Below, piece by piece: positions 48,063 through 49,193 of a DNA stretch of 49,193 bases. The stretch spans positions 2,684-51,876 of the forward strand of contig DBVW01000001.1 in assembly GCA_002308495.1 (NCBI GenBank), read 5' to 3'. Positions within the stretch are counted from its first letter, which is position 1, and each line of letters opens with the position of its first letter. The position numbers and the translations under genes are program-made. Source of the DNA: Alphaproteobacteria bacterium UBA1254. GTDB taxonomy: Bacteria > Pseudomonadota > Alphaproteobacteria > RF32 > CAG-239. Under the pieces are notes generated by a model. The model did no database searches, was not told the origin of the DNA, and worked only from the letters and a program-made list of their open reading frames with translations.

Positions 48063-49193
48063 ATGAAAAAGTATCAGATTATCGGTTGTATGACCGGAAA
48101 TTCAATGGATGCGGTTGATTTGGTTTTAACCGAATTTGAGGGCGAAAAAATAAGAGATATTTGTTCGTTTTCAAAGCCTTTTACGCGGGATATCCAACTG
48201 AAAATTGAAAATTTGAGGCCTTTGGTCTTTGATAAGACTCGGGCTGAAATTTTAGCCTTGCATGATTTTAAAAAAATTCATGACGAATATATTCGCTTTG
48301 TGGCAGATGCCGTCAATGAAATGTGCGAAAAATATAGGTTAGATAAGAGCCGAATCGATGCGATAGGATTTCATGGCAAAACACTTGATCATTATCCGCC
48401 GTCCAAAGCCGAAAAAGAAGGCAAAAAGCCTTATACGCTTCAAATCGGGAGCGGAAAGATGCTTGCCGATTTGACAGGCTTGACTGTTGTTTATGATTTT
48501 CGTTCAAACTTTGTTATGAGAGGATTTGAAGGCGCGCCTTTGGTTGGAGAACACAACGCGCATATTGCGCTTCTTGAAGGTGATGGCATTTATTATAACG
48601 GCGGAAATACGTGTAATTTTGCCGTTATTAAAGACAGACAAGCGCTTTTTTCTTCCGATGCAGGTCCTTTTAACGAATATATTGACGCTTTTATAAGGGT
48701 GCATACCTCTGATGTTTGTGATTTTAACGGAAAATACGGTTTAAAAGGGAAATTAAACGAATCGATGCTCAAAAAGTTTTTTGACATCGGTCGGGTGTTT
48801 TATGAGACGAAACTTCCTAAGTCGGGCGATCCGCAATATTACAAAAAAGAAGAAATTTTTAAGGTGATTGATGATTTCGGTGCAAGTTTTGAAGACAAGG
48901 TTCATACGCTTGAATATTTTGCCGCGTATGTTGCGGCGTTTGCTTTAACTATGCTTGATGAAAAACTGAAAATGCCGTCGGATATAGTGTTTTTCGGCGG
49001 AGGATGGAAAAATCCGATGGTCTACAAGAGTTTTGAGGATTTGCTCGGCACGGATTGTTATGTTTTGCCCGAACATCGTGCGGCATTTAAACACTTAAAA
49101 GAGCGTTTCGGATGCAAACCGAAAATCAGATATTCGTTGTTCGGAGAGATGATGGAAGCACGCTTAATGGCTGATATGGCTTATTTTAGGCTT
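48063..49193 (+). CDS. anmK: anhydro-N-acetylmuramic acid kinase-like protein (AnmK family), 3' end beyond the window
   Basis: Not in the ORF track because it has no stop in the window. I translated 377 codons by hand without meeting a stop. Motifs: GCMTGNSMDAVD (phosphate-1), GFHGKT, DFRSNFVMRGFEGAPL, FFGGGWKN. Confidence 0.65.
   Translation, partial: MKKYQIIGCMTGNSMDAVDLVLTEFEGEKIRDICSFSKPFTRDIQLKIENLRPLVFDKTRAEILALHDFKKIHDEYIRFVADAVNEMCEKYRLDKSRIDAIGFHGKTLDHYPPSKAEKEGKKPYTLQIGSGKMLADLTGLTVVYDFRSNFVMRGFEGAPLVGEHNAHIALLEGDGIYYNGGNTCNFAVIKDRQALFSSDAGPFNEYIDAFIRVHTSDVCDFNGKYGLKGKLNESMLKKFFDIGRVFYETKLPKSGDPQYYKKEEIFKVIDDFGASFEDKVHTLEYFAAYVAAFALTMLDEKLKMPSDIVFFGGGWKNPMVYKSFEDLLGTDCYVLPEHRAAFKHLKERFGCKPKIRYSLFGEMMEARLMADMAYFRL

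Overview
This is a 49.2-kb chromosomal segment from a low-GC Gram-negative bacterium. By eye, GC is about 40-45 percent in genes and much lower between them.

Likely organism: several features suggest a small-genome alphaproteobacterium. These are a ChpT-type histidine phosphotransferase, TrmFO, priA 13 nt upstream of atpHAGDC, and an MtaB whose N-terminus (VVTFGCRLNAFESE) looks alphaproteobacterial. This is inference from remembered motifs; no search was possible.

Content: about 47 protein genes, two complete tRNA-Ser genes (UGA and GCU anticodons) and one tRNA cut by the left edge. Most genes are housekeeping:
- Translation and RNA modification: rplJ-rplL, glyQS-type GlyRS, fmt, trmFO, mtaB.
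- Secretion and folding: ftsY, secG, ppiD-like.
- Energy: atpHAGDC.
- Replication: priA.
- Central and nucleotide metabolism: tpiA, pyrG, and a cdd / purine-nucleoside phosphorylase / deoA operon.
- Envelope and LPS: kdsA, lpxA, pagP, pgpA, an SLT transglycosylase, a giant AsmA-family protein, several beta-barrel OMPs, and an edge-truncated anmK-like gene.

Not seen: integrase, transposase, rRNA, CRISPR array, restriction-modification genes or any recognisable defence gene.

I cannot point to a convincing multi-gene novel system. The best leads are:
1. Three short islets with clearly foreign codon usage (C/G-ending codons, about 50+ percent GC). They encode lipoproteins or small membrane proteins and lie at 30.5-31.2, 32.4-32.8 and 46.8-47.9 kb. 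Two of them bracket an orphaned lpxA and sit next to a roughly 330-aa secreted protein with about 35 cysteines.
2. A 1425-aa AsmA-like protein with a roughly 430-aa coiled-coil/acidic tail, apparently co-transcribed with a secreted MORN-repeat protein.
3. tRNA-Ser-associated scars: an att-like duplication of a tRNA 3' end plus its terminator, and a decayed tRNA half-copy.
4. A promoter/terminator-framed 74-codon ORF with an in-frame TAG, sitting where rpoBC normally follows rplL.
5. Two diverged paralogues of an unusual roughly 280-aa HAD hydrolase.

All product calls rest on motif recognition by eye. Hairpin and promoter coordinates are accurate to about 3 nt.
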